DNA of 64,000 nucleotides. It comes from Nitrospinaceae bacterium. Its GTDB lineage: Bacteria; Nitrospinota; Nitrospinia; Nitrospinales; Nitrospinaceae. The stretch is taken from the NCBI GenBank assembly GCA_965223665.1, contig OZ245011.1, positions 3,072,001-3,136,000 on the forward strand, given 5' to 3'. The translations under genes and the position numbers were made by a program. Below the pieces are notes generated by a model that did no database searches, had not been told where the DNA came from, and saw only the letters and a program-made list of their open reading frames with translations. Positions 39,457-53,063 of this stretch are shown here, piece after piece. Each line of letters starts with the position of its first letter. Position 1 is the stretch's first letter.

Positions 39457-42072
<2,616 letters not shown>

Positions 42073-42167
42073 AAAGTAATTACAAATATTATTTCTAAGG
42101 CTCTTTGAGCTTGGAACAACTCCCAAAAATCCAAGCTATTTCCGTAATTCAGTCCCCTAATTTCCGC

Positions 42168-42195
42168 TTGACAAAATGGGGGATGGGCCTAGAAT
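42168..42195 (+). promoter_or_regulatory. Sigma-70 promoter of tRNA-Val
   Basis: TTGACA-16nt-TAGAAT. Confidence 0.65.
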
Positions 42196-42223
42196 GAAAT
42201 TTCGTCATCGGACATTTTTATTC

Positions 42224-42295
42224 AGGCACGTAGCTCAGGGGTAGAGTACTTGCTTGACATGCAAGGGGTCGGCGGTTCGAAACCGCCCGTGCCTA
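42224..42295 (+). tRNA. tRNA-Val(GAC)
   Basis: AGGCACGTAGCTCAGGGGTAGAGTA-CTTGC TTGACAT GCAAG-GGGTC-GGCGGTTCGAAACCGCC-CGTGCCTA; CCA not encoded. Confidence 0.96.
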
Positions 42296-42487
42296 TTTTG
42301 CTCTTGAAGATTTGGTAAAATTCCTGATGGGTCCGATTCGCAAAAAATCCGCAGCAGGTGCTTTTTCCTACCAGGAACCACCTTTCGATTGGATTCATTG
42401 ACATTAATTTATATTTATCTGTAATGATTTTCAGGGTTACTGAACCGCTAAATTTCTCTAGTTTTACTAGAAGTTACTTTTAAACTT

Positions 42488-44242
42488 ATGAGCGATCAAC
42501 AAGAATCGAAATATGATTTAGAAACTTTGCGACATAGTTGTGCGCATTTAATGGCACAGGCAGTGAAGCAATTGTATCCAGAGACTCAGGTTACTATCGG
42601 CCCTGTGATTGAAGATGGTTTTTATTATGATTTTTTTCGTGAGGAACCGTTTCAGCCAGATGATTTGAAAAAAATCGAAAAACAAATGCAAAAATTGGCA
42701 AAAGAAGCTCAAGATGTTAAACGCTTAGAATTACCACGTCAGGATGCGATTGAACTTTTTAATAAAATGGGAGAACCGTTTAAAGTTGAAATCATAGAAG
42801 GTATCGATGGGGATGATGTGATTTCTGCATATTCTCAAGGAGATTTTACTGATTTGTGCCGAGGTCCACATGTTGAAAATACCAAGGACATAAAAGTATT
42901 TAAGTTGTTAAGTACTTCTTCTGCTTATTGGCGGGGTGATGAAAGAAATCCGGTATTGCAACGTATTTATGGGACTGCTTGGTTTACCAAAAAGGATTTG
43001 AAAGATTATTTAAATCGATTGGAGGAGGCAAAGAAAAGAGACCACCGAAAATTGGGAAAAGAATTAGACCTTTATACTATGACGGAGGAAATAGGTCCTG
43101 GTTTGATATTGTGGCATCCCAAAGGATCTCGCATTCGATATATCATAGAAGAATTTTGGAAACGAGAGCATTACAATAATGGCTATGAACTGGTGTATAC
43201 ACCGCATGCTGCAAAAATCGATCTATGGAAAACCAGTGGGCACATAGAATTTTATAAAGAAAATATTTTTTCCCCGATGGAAATTGAGGGCAAACAATAT
43301 GTTATGAAGCCCATGAATTGTCCCTTTCATATTCAAATTTATAAATCTAAATTACGAAGTTATCGTGATTTGCCATTACGTTGGGCTGAATTAGGTACAG
43401 TCTATCGTTATGAGCGGTCAGGTGTTATGCATGGATTGCTCCGAGTGCGAGGGTTCACCCAAGACGATGCTCATTTGTTCTGTGCTCAAGAGCAAATTGA
43501 AGAAGAAATCCTGAGAGTTCTAAAGTTCGTGCTTTATATTTTACAGGCCTTTGGTTTTTGTGAATATCAAGTGTATCTCAGTACTCGGCCTGAAAAATCG
43601 GTTGGTTCGGATGAGGATTGGGAAACTGCAACCGCAGCGTTAAAAAATGCTTTGGATCAATCCAATATTGAATATGAAATTGACCCTGGTGAGGGAGTAT
43701 TTTATGGTCCAAAAATTGATATAAAAATAAAAGATAGTTTAAATCGCCTTTGGCAGGTATCAACAATCCAAGTAGACTTTAATTTGCCCAATCGTTTCCA
43801 AATGTCTTACATTGGAGCCGACGGCCTATCTCATCCGCCGATTATGATTCATAGGGCTCTTATGGGATCATTAGAACGATTTTTTGGTTGTCTTATTGAA
43901 CATTATGCAGGGGCTTTTCCAGTTTGGTTGGCACCCGTACAGGTTGCAATTTTGACCATCACTGATAATCAGCATTCTTATGCCAACCAAATTGCAGAAC
44001 AATTAATTTCCGAAGGAATTCGGGTAGAAAAAGACTTGCGAAATGAAAAAATTGGGTTCAAGATAAGGGAAGCCCAACTCAATAAAATTCCTTATATGTT
44101 AGTATTAGGGGATAAAGAGGTTGAATCCAAAGTTATTGCAGTAAGGAAACGTCGCTCGAAAGAAACTAAAGTTATGGAATTAAATTTATTTCTTCGAGAT
44201 CTAAAAAATGAAATTGACACTAAGGCTGTCGATTTGGATTAA
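42488..44242 (+). CDS. thrS: Threonine--tRNA ligase (short form without TGS domain)
   Basis: LRHSCAHLMAQAV, DLCRGPH, KPMNCP, RYE.SG..HGLLRVRGFTQDDAH, FYGPKID. Confidence 0.98.
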   Translation: MSDQQESKYDLETLRHSCAHLMAQAVKQLYPETQVTIGPVIEDGFYYDFFREEPFQPDDLKKIEKQMQKLAKEAQDVKRLELPRQDAIELFNKMGEPFKVEIIEGIDGDDVISAYSQGDFTDLCRGPHVENTKDIKVFKLLSTSSAYWRGDERNPVLQRIYGTAWFTKKDLKDYLNRLEEAKKRDHRKLGKELDLYTMTEEIGPGLILWHPKGSRIRYIIEEFWKREHYNNGYELVYTPHAAKIDLWKTSGHIEFYKENIFSPMEIEGKQYVMKPMNCPFHIQIYKSKLRSYRDLPLRWAELGTVYRYERSGVMHGLLRVRGFTQDDAHLFCAQEQIEEEILRVLKFVLYILQAFGFCEYQVYLSTRPEKSVGSDEDWETATAALKNALDQSNIEYEIDPGEGVFYGPKIDIKIKDSLNRLWQVSTIQVDFNLPNRFQMSYIGADGLSHPPIMIHRALMGSLERFFGCLIEHYAGAFPVWLAPVQVAILTITDNQHSYANQIAEQLISEGIRVEKDLRNEKIGFKIREAQLNKIPYMLVLGDKEVESKVIAVRKRRSKETKVMELNLFLRDLKNEIDTKAVDLD

Positions 44243-44266
44243 TAACTTTTTATAGGAGGACCTTGT

Positions 44267-44812
44267 ATTAAGAAACAACGGATTAACCAAATGATCCGGG
44301 TCAAGGAAGTTTGCGTGATAGGCGTCAATGGGGATCAGTTAGGAACATTTCCCACATTTGAAGCTATTTCAATGGCCCAAGAAAACGATTTAGATTTAGT
44401 CGAAGTTGCTCCCAATGCCAACCCGCCTGTTTGTCGAATCATGGACTACGGCAAACATAAATATAAGCAAAATAAAAGGGCACACGAGGCAAAGAAGAAC
44501 CAGAAGGTCATTCATGTTAAAGAAGTCAAATTTAGACCGAATACGGATCAGCATGACTTTGACTTTAAAGTTAAACATGTAATTCGATTCCTAAAAGCGG
44601 GGGATAAGGTCAAGGTTGTAATATTCTTTAAAGGACGAGAAATTCTGCATCGTGAAGGTGGAGAAGAAATGCTTCAACGCATTGCAGAAGCCGTTGAGGA
44701 ATATGGAGTGATTGAACAAACTGCCAAACAAGAAGGACGGACGTTAACCATGATTTTTGTTCATAAACCCGCTAAAAAAGAGAGTAAAAGCCAGGCCAAT
44801 AATGAGGCTTGA
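44267..44812 (+). CDS. infC: Translation initiation factor IF-3 (AUU start)
   Basis: AGGAGG at 44254-44259, then in-frame ATT at 44267 giving (M)KKQRINQMIR..EV; LDLVEVAPNANPPVCRIMDYGK. Confidence 0.95.
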   Translation: MKKQRINQMIRVKEVCVIGVNGDQLGTFPTFEAISMAQENDLDLVEVAPNANPPVCRIMDYGKHKYKQNKRAHEAKKNQKVIHVKEVKFRPNTDQHDFDFKVKHVIRFLKAGDKVKVVIFFKGREILHREGGEEMLQRIAEAVEEYGVIEQTAKQEGRTLTMIFVHKPAKKESKSQANNEA

Positions 44813-44863
44813 TTTTTGTCCTAAAATTGGTAAACTTCGTGATTTCCTTGGAGAAGAGCAATA

Positions 44864-45058
44864 ATGCCTAAAATGAAAACCAATAAAGGAGCGGCTAAGC
44901 GTTTTCGCAAGACGGGAACCGGAAAAATTCGCCGAAATTCTGCGTTTACAAGCCACATCCTTACATCGAAAACTACAAAAAGAAAACGAAATTTACGGCA
45001 GAGTAGTATTTTAGTGGAATGTGATGCCAAACGACTGAAAACTCTGCTGCCCTACTGA
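44864..45058 (+). CDS. rpmI: 50S ribosomal protein L35
   Basis: [21 protein letters not shown]...HIL..K..KRKRNLR. Confidence 0.97.
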   Translation: MPKMKTNKGAAKRFRKTGTGKIRRNSAFTSHILTSKTTKRKRNLRQSSILVECDAKRLKTLLPY

Positions 45059-45084
45059 ATTAGATAGAATTTGGAGAAAGAAGT

Positions 45085-45447
45085 ATGTCCCGAGCAGTTA
45101 ACGGAACCATTTCAAGGTCCCGAAGAAAAAAAATATTAAAGTTGGCGAAAGGTTTTCGAAGTGTTCGTAGTAAAGCCTATCGAAAAGCCCGGGAAGCTGT
45201 TGAAAAAGCATTATCCTATTCTTATAGAGATCGGCGTGCTCGTAAGCGTGATTTTCGTCGCTTATGGATCGCAAGAATTAATGCAGCTGTCCGCCAAGAG
45301 GGATTGACCTATAGTCAATTTATGCACGGATTAAAAAAAGCCAATATTGAGATTGATAGAAAAGTATTGTCAGATATGGCAATCCATAATCAAAAATCAT
45401 TTAAAGCTTTAATGGAAACCGCACGTTCTCAAACGGGTGCGGCTTGA
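45085..45447 (+). CDS. rplT: 50S ribosomal protein L20
   Basis: [44 protein letters not shown]. Confidence 0.97.
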   Translation: MSRAVNGTISRSRRKKILKLAKGFRSVRSKAYRKAREAVEKALSYSYRDRRARKRDFRRLWIARINAAVRQEGLTYSQFMHGLKKANIEIDRKVLSDMAIHNQKSFKALMETARSQTGAA

Positions 45448-45471
45448 ATTAGTTTATTTTTTTTGAGAACG

Positions 45472-45505
45472 GCGGGGTAGGATTTTCCTATCTCGCTTTT
45501 TATTT
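45472..45505 (+). terminator. Intrinsic terminator after rplT
   Basis: GCGGGGTAGG-ATTTT-CCTATCTCGC followed by TTTTTATTT. Confidence 0.7.
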
Positions 45506-45521
45506 GCCCTCATTTATCATC

Positions 45522-46538
45522 GTGATCCAAAAAATACAAACCTACCAAGAAGAATTCAAAAAGCGCATTGAGTCAGTTACTCAATCGGAACAACTCCAAA
45601 AATTGCGTGTAGAATTTTTGGGAAAAAAAGGCATTGTGACCCAAGCCATGAAGGAGTTGCGCAGTCTCTCACCTGATAAAAAACGTGAAACAGGCAAGCT
45701 CATAAACGAATTCAAAAACCTTGTCGAAACTTCTTTAAAGGAATATGCGGATAAGTTTGGTAATCAATCGCCCAAATCCTCAGGAGAATCCGATTCATTT
45801 GACTATACTTTACCAGGTAGAAAGGAACCGATTGGAAATTTGCATCCCATTACCCAGGTGATGGAAGAAATCGTTTCAGTATTTATTAGCTTAGGGTTTC
45901 GTGTGGAGGAAGGTCCAGAAATTGAATCGGATTATTATAATTTTGAAGCACTGAATATTCCCAAAGACCATCCCGCACGAGATATGCAAGATACATTTTA
46001 TGTCGAAGATGAAACGGTTTTAAGAACTCATACCTCTCCTGTCCAAATTCATGTGATGGAGGCAAATCAACCTCCATTAAGAATTATTGCGCCTGGTAAG
46101 GTTTATCGTTGCGATTCCGATGTTTCTCATACCCCAATGTTTCACCAAATTGAAGGATTGATGGTTGATAAAAATGTGGCTTTTAGCGATTTAAAGGGAA
46201 TAATGAATATTTTTGTTCAACAAACATTTGGTCAATCTACTCAAGTAAGGTTCCGTCCCAGTTATTTCCCATTTACATGTCCAAGTGCAGAAGTGGATAT
46301 TCAGTGCGTTATTTGTACGGGCAAAGGATGCCGAGTCTGTTCACAAACGGGATGGTTGGAAATCTTGGGAGCGGGTATGGTGGATCCTGCGGTATTTAAG
46401 TCTGTCAATTATGATCCGGAACAATGGACTGGGTTTGCTTTTGGTATGGGCATAGAACGAATTGCTATGCTGAAATATGGAATCAATGACATTCGTTTAT
46501 TTTTTGAAAATGATGTTCGATTTCTCCAACAATTCTAA
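45522..46538 (+). CDS. pheS: Phenylalanine--tRNA ligase alpha subunit
   Basis: FLGKKG, GNLHPI, NFEALN.P.DHPARDMQDTFY, LRTHTSPVQ, FRPSYFPFT.PSAE, GFAFGMGIER; GTG at 45522 chosen over TTG 45504 (start uncertain). Confidence 0.96.
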   Translation: MIQKIQTYQEEFKKRIESVTQSEQLQKLRVEFLGKKGIVTQAMKELRSLSPDKKRETGKLINEFKNLVETSLKEYADKFGNQSPKSSGESDSFDYTLPGRKEPIGNLHPITQVMEEIVSVFISLGFRVEEGPEIESDYYNFEALNIPKDHPARDMQDTFYVEDETVLRTHTSPVQIHVMEANQPPLRIIAPGKVYRCDSDVSHTPMFHQIEGLMVDKNVAFSDLKGIMNIFVQQTFGQSTQVRFRPSYFPFTCPSAEVDIQCVICTGKGCRVCSQTGWLEILGAGMVDPAVFKSVNYDPEQWTGFAFGMGIERIAMLKYGINDIRLFFENDVRFLQQF

Positions 46539-46792
46539 TTTCAAAAGTCTCTCGTAAGTAATATTTAGAGGATGACTGTATTTGATGGTTTGCAATGAAG
46601 TCACTACAATAGCCATTCAAAAAAAATTTCCTCAACTTCCTTTAGGATTCAATTTTTTTCAAGTAGTAATATATTTTTTTTCCTATTGAAATTTAGGAAC
46701 CGGAAATAACAAATAAAATTATTGTAAAGATAGATATTGTTCTATAGTCCTGAAAAGATCTTCAAACAATCTCTCCAACTTTTTCCTAATTT

Positions 46793-47770
46793 ATGAATTA
46801 CAAAGGCTGGCTGGTTATTTTTGGATTTCTAATTATTTCCGCGATATTGGGAATTGCAATAATTTACACGCTAGTTAATTATACTCCCCAATTTATACCC
46901 TCATTTTTGATCGATTTGTCTCGGCAACCTGATCTTTTGAAAATGTCAGAAGCAAAAACATGTGGCGAATGTCACTCAGATATATTTGAAGATTGGAAAA
47001 AGAGTCGACATTCTGTTTCCTGGACTAGTGAGGGTTATATAAAGGATTCCAAAGACAGGACTAAAGAAAAATGTTTGCCGTGTCACATTCCCAACCAAGT
47101 AAGAGCAGGAGAAAAGCCCAGTCCACGGTCTTCCCACCGAGACCAAGGAATTTTTTGTTTTCCTTGTCACGTTAAGGAGGATGGAATGCATGGACCCTAT
47201 GAACTGCTGTCTCCACCACACCCGACAAAAAAGAATGAAGTTTACCGCTCTTCCAAATTTTGTGGTTCTTGTCATGAAAAAACATATAAGGAATGGAAAT
47301 CTTCTAAAAGTAAAGAGACATGTCAGAGTTGTCATATGAAATCCAAACGTGCGCGTTTGACCCAAAAGTTTCCGATGGGGTTATTTCATGCGCGACGGCA
47401 GGTGGCAAATCATTCATTTCCAAAAGGTGACCTTGATGAGGATAATCTAAACTTAGAAGCTGTATTTAAAGTAGATTCTCTAATAGTAACGCTTACCAAT
47501 ATGTCTATTCCTCATTTGATTCCTACTGCTGATAATGGAGATCCAAGATTATATATTTATGTAATCTTTTTGAATGCAGAGGGAAACGAAATTGATAATT
47601 TTAAGGAAATCCTAGCTCCTCAGCAAGATAGCGCTCTTCCTTATAAACAACCAATCCAATTCCAATATTTATCAAATGATAAAACCGATAAAGCCATCAT
47701 TACTTTGAAATATAAAGCCGCTTGGTCAAAAGAACGTCAGACCATTCAATCTGTCATTCTTCCAAAATAA
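46793..47770 (+). CDS. Membrane-anchored pentaheme cytochrome c
   Basis: N-terminal TM helix; five CxxCH motifs (CGECH, CLPCH, CFPCH, CGSCH, CQSCH). Confidence 0.88.
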   Translation: MNYKGWLVIFGFLIISAILGIAIIYTLVNYTPQFIPSFLIDLSRQPDLLKMSEAKTCGECHSDIFEDWKKSRHSVSWTSEGYIKDSKDRTKEKCLPCHIPNQVRAGEKPSPRSSHRDQGIFCFPCHVKEDGMHGPYELLSPPHPTKKNEVYRSSKFCGSCHEKTYKEWKSSKSKETCQSCHMKSKRARLTQKFPMGLFHARRQVANHSFPKGDLDEDNLNLEAVFKVDSLIVTLTNMSIPHLIPTADNGDPRLYIYVIFLNAEGNEIDNFKEILAPQQDSALPYKQPIQFQYLSNDKTDKAIITLKYKAAWSKERQTIQSVILPK

Positions 47771-47784
47771 AAAGTGAATAGATG

Positions 47785-47812
47785 TTGACTCAATTCCGAT
47801 TTATCATAAAAT
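47785..47812 (+). promoter_or_regulatory. Sigma-70 promoter of the triheme cytochrome
   Basis: TTGACT-16nt-TAAAAT. Confidence 0.55.
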
Positions 47813-47858
47813 CATTTTTAAAGGTTTAGATGTTATTTTATTCATTGTGGAGGTCCTC

Positions 47859-48707
47859 ATGAAAAACCGTTCCCGCCATTTAGTATTTCTCATATTATTA
47901 ATTGTTTTGATTCCTAGTTACCTTTTTGCAAAGGAACTTGTTGTAAAGTCTCCACCTGAGTCATTGATTAAACTATATCCTCCAAAATCAGAAAAACCAA
48001 AATGGATTCAACAAATGCACCAATTATCATCAAACTTTGGTGGGGTTTTTACAAATATGAAAGAAGGTGATTGGCCTAATGCGGAAAAAAGAGCTTCCAA
48101 TTTGGTGAAAGTCTATGAAGAAACCTCTAAATTAGTGCCAGAATGGAAAGATTATTTTGATGTTGACGCAGTCAAAAAATTTGCCGAAGCGGTCAAATCT
48201 CATGATCCAAAAGTCATTGGGCCTGCAGCAGGACCGGTTTCAAAAACCTGTGGTAAATGTCATAGTGAACAATATGTAGCAGTTTGGACTCGATTTCATT
48301 GGCCGCCTGTTTCGGACATTAAAATCACTGATCCAGTCACAGAAAAAGAATTTGAATACGGTAAGTATATGTTCCAAATCACGGGTGCTTTTAATGGAGT
48401 GACCGTTAATTTTGGAGAGGGTCAATATCCGCAAGCTGCCAAGTCGTTACGTTCTTTTGAAATGCGTTATAAGGAACTGAAATCTACCTGTGCTAAATGC
48501 CACACGACCGATGCAGTAAAACAATTTTTTGTGAGTGATGAAGTTTTGGGAGCTTTCGGAAACTTAAAAAAAATCTTGGCAGAGAAAAAACCAAATCCTG
48601 GAGAATTCTGGAAAAATATTGGAACTATTGGTAAGCAAGGCTGTAAAAAATGTCATTTAACCCACCGTGCTTATGCGATAATTCAGGGAGTTTGGGAGGA
48701 AGAATAA
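47859..48707 (+). CDS. Periplasmic triheme cytochrome c (helical)
   Basis: GGAGG SD then ATG 47859, signal peptide, three CxxCH motifs (CGKCH, CAKCH, CKKCH). Confidence 0.88.
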   Translation: MKNRSRHLVFLILLIVLIPSYLFAKELVVKSPPESLIKLYPPKSEKPKWIQQMHQLSSNFGGVFTNMKEGDWPNAEKRASNLVKVYEETSKLVPEWKDYFDVDAVKKFAEAVKSHDPKVIGPAAGPVSKTCGKCHSEQYVAVWTRFHWPPVSDIKITDPVTEKEFEYGKYMFQITGAFNGVTVNFGEGQYPQAAKSLRSFEMRYKELKSTCAKCHTTDAVKQFFVSDEVLGAFGNLKKILAEKKPNPGEFWKNIGTIGKQGCKKCHLTHRAYAIIQGVWEEE

Positions 48708-48741
48708 TATTAGGAGTTGAAAAAATTTGTTTGTCTAATTT

Positions 48742-49293
48742 TCAATCTAGTCCGTGATCTGATTCCATGAACTTATCATGGTATAAATCAATCGACTGTT
48801 GAAGTACTTCCAATGCGGCGGGTAGTGGTAGAAATTCTTCCACCGTAACAGTTTTATGTTCTAATTTTTTATAATCCTCAAAAAAACGCTTTATTTCTGT
48901 CATGCGGTGAGGTGGCAAGTCGTCCAGTAAATGGTAATGGGAATATTCTGGATCGTCTGCATGAACGGCAATGATTTTATCATCAACTTCTCCATGATCG
49001 ATCATTCGCATTAGGCCTATTGCCTTTGCCCGCATAATTGTTAGTGGATATACGGGCTCCTGACCTAATACTAAAACATCTAACGGATCATCGTCATCAC
49101 AATATGTGCGTGGAACGAACCCATAGTTAGCAGGATATTGGACAGAACTATATAAAATTCGATCTACGCGAATCATACCAGTTGCTTTATCAAGTTCATA
49201 TTTTGTTTTTGAACCTTTGGGAACTTCAATGATTGCCGGGAAAATATTAGGCATATCCTCGCCCAATTCAACATCATGCCAGGGGTTTAACAT
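48742..49293 (-). CDS. ppa: Soluble inorganic pyrophosphatase (family I)
   Basis: [43 protein letters not shown]. Confidence 0.95.
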   Translation of the reverse strand: MLNPWHDVELGEDMPNIFPAIIEVPKGSKTKYELDKATGMIRVDRILYSSVQYPANYGFVPRTYCDDDDPLDVLVLGQEPVYPLTIMRAKAIGLMRMIDHGEVDDKIIAVHADDPEYSHYHLLDDLPPHRMTEIKRFFEDYKKLEHKTVTVEEFLPLPAALEVLQQSIDLYHDKFMESDHGLD

Positions 49294-49350
49294 TTAGTTT
49301 TCCTACTTTCGGGGATCAACAATTGTTCAAGAAAATCGTTAAAAGATTGA

Positions 49351-51765
49351 TTAATTGAGATGACTAACAGAAGGTTGTTTTCTTGCCCTAGATTTAGTTA
49401 ATGATTTTTTGGTTTTTTTTGTAGAAGATTTTTTCTTGAAAGTAAATTTTTTCGTAAAACTATTCTGGACTACTTCATCCATGGAGTTGACTTGAATAAA
49501 GTTTAGAGTTTTGCGAACATTAGCAGGAATGTCGGGAATATCTTTTTCGTTGTCTTTTGGAATCATGACATTCTTAATGTTAACTCGATGCGCAGCCAAC
49601 GCTTTTTCTTTTAATCCTCCAATTGGTAATACTTTTCCGGTGAGGGTCACTTCCCCAGTCATCGTAATATCGCTACGCACGGGATTTTTAGTTAAAGCGG
49701 AAATGATTGCCACCGCCATAGTAATTCCAGCGGAGGGCCCATCTTTAGGAATAGCTCCTTCGGGAATATGAATGTGAAGATCAATTTTTTGATAGAAGTC
49801 TTTAGGCAATCCCAGGGAATCTGAATGTTGTCGAACATAACTTAGCGCAGCTTGCGCCGACTCTTTCATGACATCACCTAACTTCCCAGTCAACGATAAC
49901 TGGCCTTTGCCAGGAGTGGTGATAACTTCAATTGAAAGTAGTTCCCCTCCAAACTCCGTCCAGGCTAAGCCGTTAGCTACGCCAATTTCTGATTCATTTC
50001 TTTCTTTATCAGGGGAAAATTTTTGTACACCTAAATATTTTTGAACAAGGGTTGGCGTAAGCGAGATAGAGGTTTTTTTCCCATTTTTAACTACTTCTTT
50101 CGCAACCTTTCTACAAATTCCTCCAATTTCTCTTTCCAGACTGCGCACACCGGCTTCACGCGTGTACTCTTTAATAACTTTACGCAAAATGATTTTAGAG
50201 AATTTTACATTTTTTGAAGTCAATCCATGTTCCTTAATTTTTTTAGGTACCAGAAACTTTTCCGCAATGGAAAGTTTTTCTTCTTCCGTATAACCCGGAA
50301 GCCGAATGACTTCCATTCGGTCTTGAAGGGGTTGCGGGATTGTATGCAATACATTTGCAGTGCAAATGAAAAGGACTTGGGATAAATCGTAGTCTACTTC
50401 TAGAAAATGATCGTTGAAGGCAAAATTTTGTTCGGGATCTAAAACTTCTAGCAAGGCGGAAGAAGGATCTCCACGAAAATCTGTACTCATTTTATCAACT
50501 TCATCTAAAAGAAAAACTGGGTTAAGAGATCCCGCCTTCTTCATGCTTTGAATGATTTTTCCCGGTAAGGCGCCAATATAGGTCCTTCGATGACCTCTAA
50601 TTTCTGCTTCGTCGCGTACGCCTCCTAAAGAAACTCTAACAAATTTACGTCCCATTGCCCGAGCAATAGACTGCCCTAAAGAGGTTTTACCTACACCCGG
50701 CGGACCCACTAGACAAAGGATGGGACCTTTCATTTTTTTTACTAACTTCATGACAGCAAGGTGTTCGACAATGCGTTCTTTAACTTTCTCTAAGCCAAAA
50801 TGATCGGAATCCAAAACTTTTTGAGCGTCATTTAAGTCAATGTTGTCGCCCCCCTGGCTCTTTTTCCAAGGCAATTCAACAAGCCACTCAATGTAATTGC
50901 GCACCACAGTTGCTTCTGCAGACATGGGTTGCATGGCTTCCAGTCGGCGGATTTCTTTGTTAGCTTTTTCAACAATATCCTTAGGCATTTTGGCTTTTTT
51001 GAGTTTTTGCGTCAACTCATCAATATCAGATTTAAACTCATCACGTTTGCCTAGTTCTTTCTGAATGGCCTTCATTTGTTCGTTGAGATAAAATTCTTTT
51101 TGGCTACGCTCCATTTGTTTGCGTACTCGGCCATGAACCCGCTTTTCTATTTTTAAAATTTCCATCTCGGACTTCAGAATGTTGACTAGCTTATTCAAAC
51201 GGTCCGAGGGATTATAGGTTTCCAGCAAACTTTGCTTGTCCGCAGTTTGAAAAATCATGTAAGAAGCAATCGTGTCTGCAAATCGATGTGGTTCAGTAAT
51301 GTTTGAAATTGCTGAAATGGCTTCTAACGGGATTTTTTGATTAAGTTTGACATATTGTTCAAATAACCCTTCAATACTTCGCATTAAAGCTTTAACGTCA
51401 GCAGTTAATTGAATATTTTCTTCAATTTTATCGATTTCAACTTCGTAATATCCTGATTGATTTTGAAATTTGGTAATGCGGCCACGTTGCATTCCTTCAA
51501 CTAAGACCTTCATCGTACCATCGGTGAGTTTAAGGATTTGAAGAATATTGGCTAGCGTACCGGTTTCAAAAATATCGTTTGGACTGGGATTATTATTATT
51601 GGCATTTCTTTGAGCAGAAAGAAAAATGTTTTTCTGCTCTGCCATGGATTTTTCCAAAGCCCGGACAGACTTATCCCTACCTACGAATAAAGGTATTACC
51701 ATGAAGGGAAAAACTACAATATCGCGCAGTGGGACTAAGGGTAATACTAACCTATCAGAAGACAT
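49351..51765 (-). CDS. lon: ATP-dependent protease Lon
   Basis: [39 protein letters not shown] catalytic Ser, IGGLKEK. Confidence 0.98.
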   Translation of the reverse strand: MSSDRLVLPLVPLRDIVVFPFMVIPLFVGRDKSVRALEKSMAEQKNIFLSAQRNANNNNPSPNDIFETGTLANILQILKLTDGTMKVLVEGMQRGRITKFQNQSGYYEVEIDKIEENIQLTADVKALMRSIEGLFEQYVKLNQKIPLEAISAISNITEPHRFADTIASYMIFQTADKQSLLETYNPSDRLNKLVNILKSEMEILKIEKRVHGRVRKQMERSQKEFYLNEQMKAIQKELGKRDEFKSDIDELTQKLKKAKMPKDIVEKANKEIRRLEAMQPMSAEATVVRNYIEWLVELPWKKSQGGDNIDLNDAQKVLDSDHFGLEKVKERIVEHLAVMKLVKKMKGPILCLVGPPGVGKTSLGQSIARAMGRKFVRVSLGGVRDEAEIRGHRRTYIGALPGKIIQSMKKAGSLNPVFLLDEVDKMSTDFRGDPSSALLEVLDPEQNFAFNDHFLEVDYDLSQVLFICTANVLHTIPQPLQDRMEVIRLPGYTEEEKLSIAEKFLVPKKIKEHGLTSKNVKFSKIILRKVIKEYTREAGVRSLEREIGGICRKVAKEVVKNGKKTSISLTPTLVQKYLGVQKFSPDKERNESEIGVANGLAWTEFGGELLSIEVITTPGKGQLSLTGKLGDVMKESAQAALSYVRQHSDSLGLPKDFYQKIDLHIHIPEGAIPKDGPSAGITMAVAIISALTKNPVRSDITMTGEVTLTGKVLPIGGLKEKALAAHRVNIKNVMIPKDNEKDIPDIPANVRKTLNFIQVNSMDEVVQNSFTKKFTFKKKSSTKKTKKSLTKSRARKQPSVSHLN

Positions 51766-51768
51766 GGA

Positions 51769-53016
51769 TTAACTCGCCTGTTTTTGATTTTGGAAAACTA
51801 GAAGAGGCTGTTCATTGTGGATAACGACTTCTTCATTAATTACAACTTCCTCGACATCTTCTTTGGAGGGTAAATCAAACATGATGTCTAACATAATATC
51901 TTCTAATATGGAACGAAGACCGCGAGCACCTGTTTTTAGTTTAAGTGCTTTTTCTGCAATGGCACGAATGGCTCCGTCGGTGAATTTGAGTTTAACGTTT
52001 TCAAACTCGAAAAGTTTTTTGTATTGTTTTACAAGTGCATTTTTAGGTTCGGAAACAACTTTTACGAGTGCGTCAGCATCCAACTCATTTAGTGTAGCGG
52101 TAATAGATAAACGACCTACAAATTCTGGGATTAAACCATATTTCAAAAGGTCTTCAGGTTGTACCTGTTGTAAAAGAATTTCATCATTTTCTTTGGATCG
52201 AGAAACCAACTCTTGGCCAAACCCCATCGATTTCTTTCCAATTCTATTCCGAATTATTTTGTCAAGCCCGACAAACGCGCCACCACAAATGAATAAAATG
52301 TTGGTAGTATTGACTTGTAAGAATTCTTGGTGCGGGTGTTTTCTTCCTCCTTGAGGAGGCACACTGGCCATAGTTCCTTCAATTATTTTTAAAAGTGCCT
52401 GTTGAACACCTTCACCAGAAACGTCTCTTGTAATTGAGGGATTCTCAGATTTTCGACTGATTTTATCTACTTCATCAATATAGATTATCCCTCGCTCAGC
52501 TTTTTCTACATCGTAATCAGCAGCTTGTAATAATTTTAGGATAATATTTTCTACATCTTCACCTACATATCCCGCTTCAGTCAAAGTAGTCGCATCTACA
52601 ATAGTAAAAGGGACGTCGAGGATTTTTGCTAACGTTTGTGCCATTAGCGTTTTACCTGAACCCGTTGGTCCAATCAGCAAAACATTACTTTTTTGTAATT
52701 CAACATCTTCCAAATCTACATTTGAATCTACTCGTTTGTAATGATTATGAACAGCAACGGAAAGAATTCTTTTGCAGCGCTCTTGCCCAATGATGTACTG
52801 ATCCAGATGCTTAAAAATATCTTTAGGTTTTAGGAGGTGTCTAAAATCCTGGCTTTTTTCTTGAGCCCATTCTTCGACCATGATTTCATTACAAAGTTCA
52901 ATACACTCATCACAAATATAAACAGTGGGTCCAGCGATTAATTTTTTAACTTCTTCTTGGCTTTTCCCGCAAAAGGAACAACGGTAGTTTCCAGTGTTCG
53001 AACTTTTTTTAGCCAT
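51769..53016 (-). CDS. clpX: ATP-dependent Clp protease ATP-binding subunit ClpX
   Basis: CSFCGK...ICDECIELC zinc finger, [18 protein letters not shown]; start at MAKKS after GGAGG. Confidence 0.98.
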   Translation of the reverse strand: MAKKSSNTGNYRCSFCGKSQEEVKKLIAGPTVYICDECIELCNEIMVEEWAQEKSQDFRHLLKPKDIFKHLDQYIIGQERCKRILSVAVHNHYKRVDSNVDLEDVELQKSNVLLIGPTGSGKTLMAQTLAKILDVPFTIVDATTLTEAGYVGEDVENIILKLLQAADYDVEKAERGIIYIDEVDKISRKSENPSITRDVSGEGVQQALLKIIEGTMASVPPQGGRKHPHQEFLQVNTTNILFICGGAFVGLDKIIRNRIGKKSMGFGQELVSRSKENDEILLQQVQPEDLLKYGLIPEFVGRLSITATLNELDADALVKVVSEPKNALVKQYKKLFEFENVKLKFTDGAIRAIAEKALKLKTGARGLRSILEDIMLDIMFDLPSKEDVEEVVINEEVVIHNEQPLLVFQNQKQAS

Positions 53017-53063
53017 TAAATCCTCCAAGTCAATTAGATTAAAATATCAATCTAATCTTAGAT

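Noticed and set aside
42355-42385. Minus-strand resemblance to SRP RNA helix 8 or a tRNA-Thr(GGU) anticodon loop
   Set aside because: The SRP GGAAGGAAGCAG consensus is not matched, and G-U pairing favours the plus strand.
42222-42404. 60-aa minus-strand ORF
   Set aside because: Antisense to tRNA-Val.
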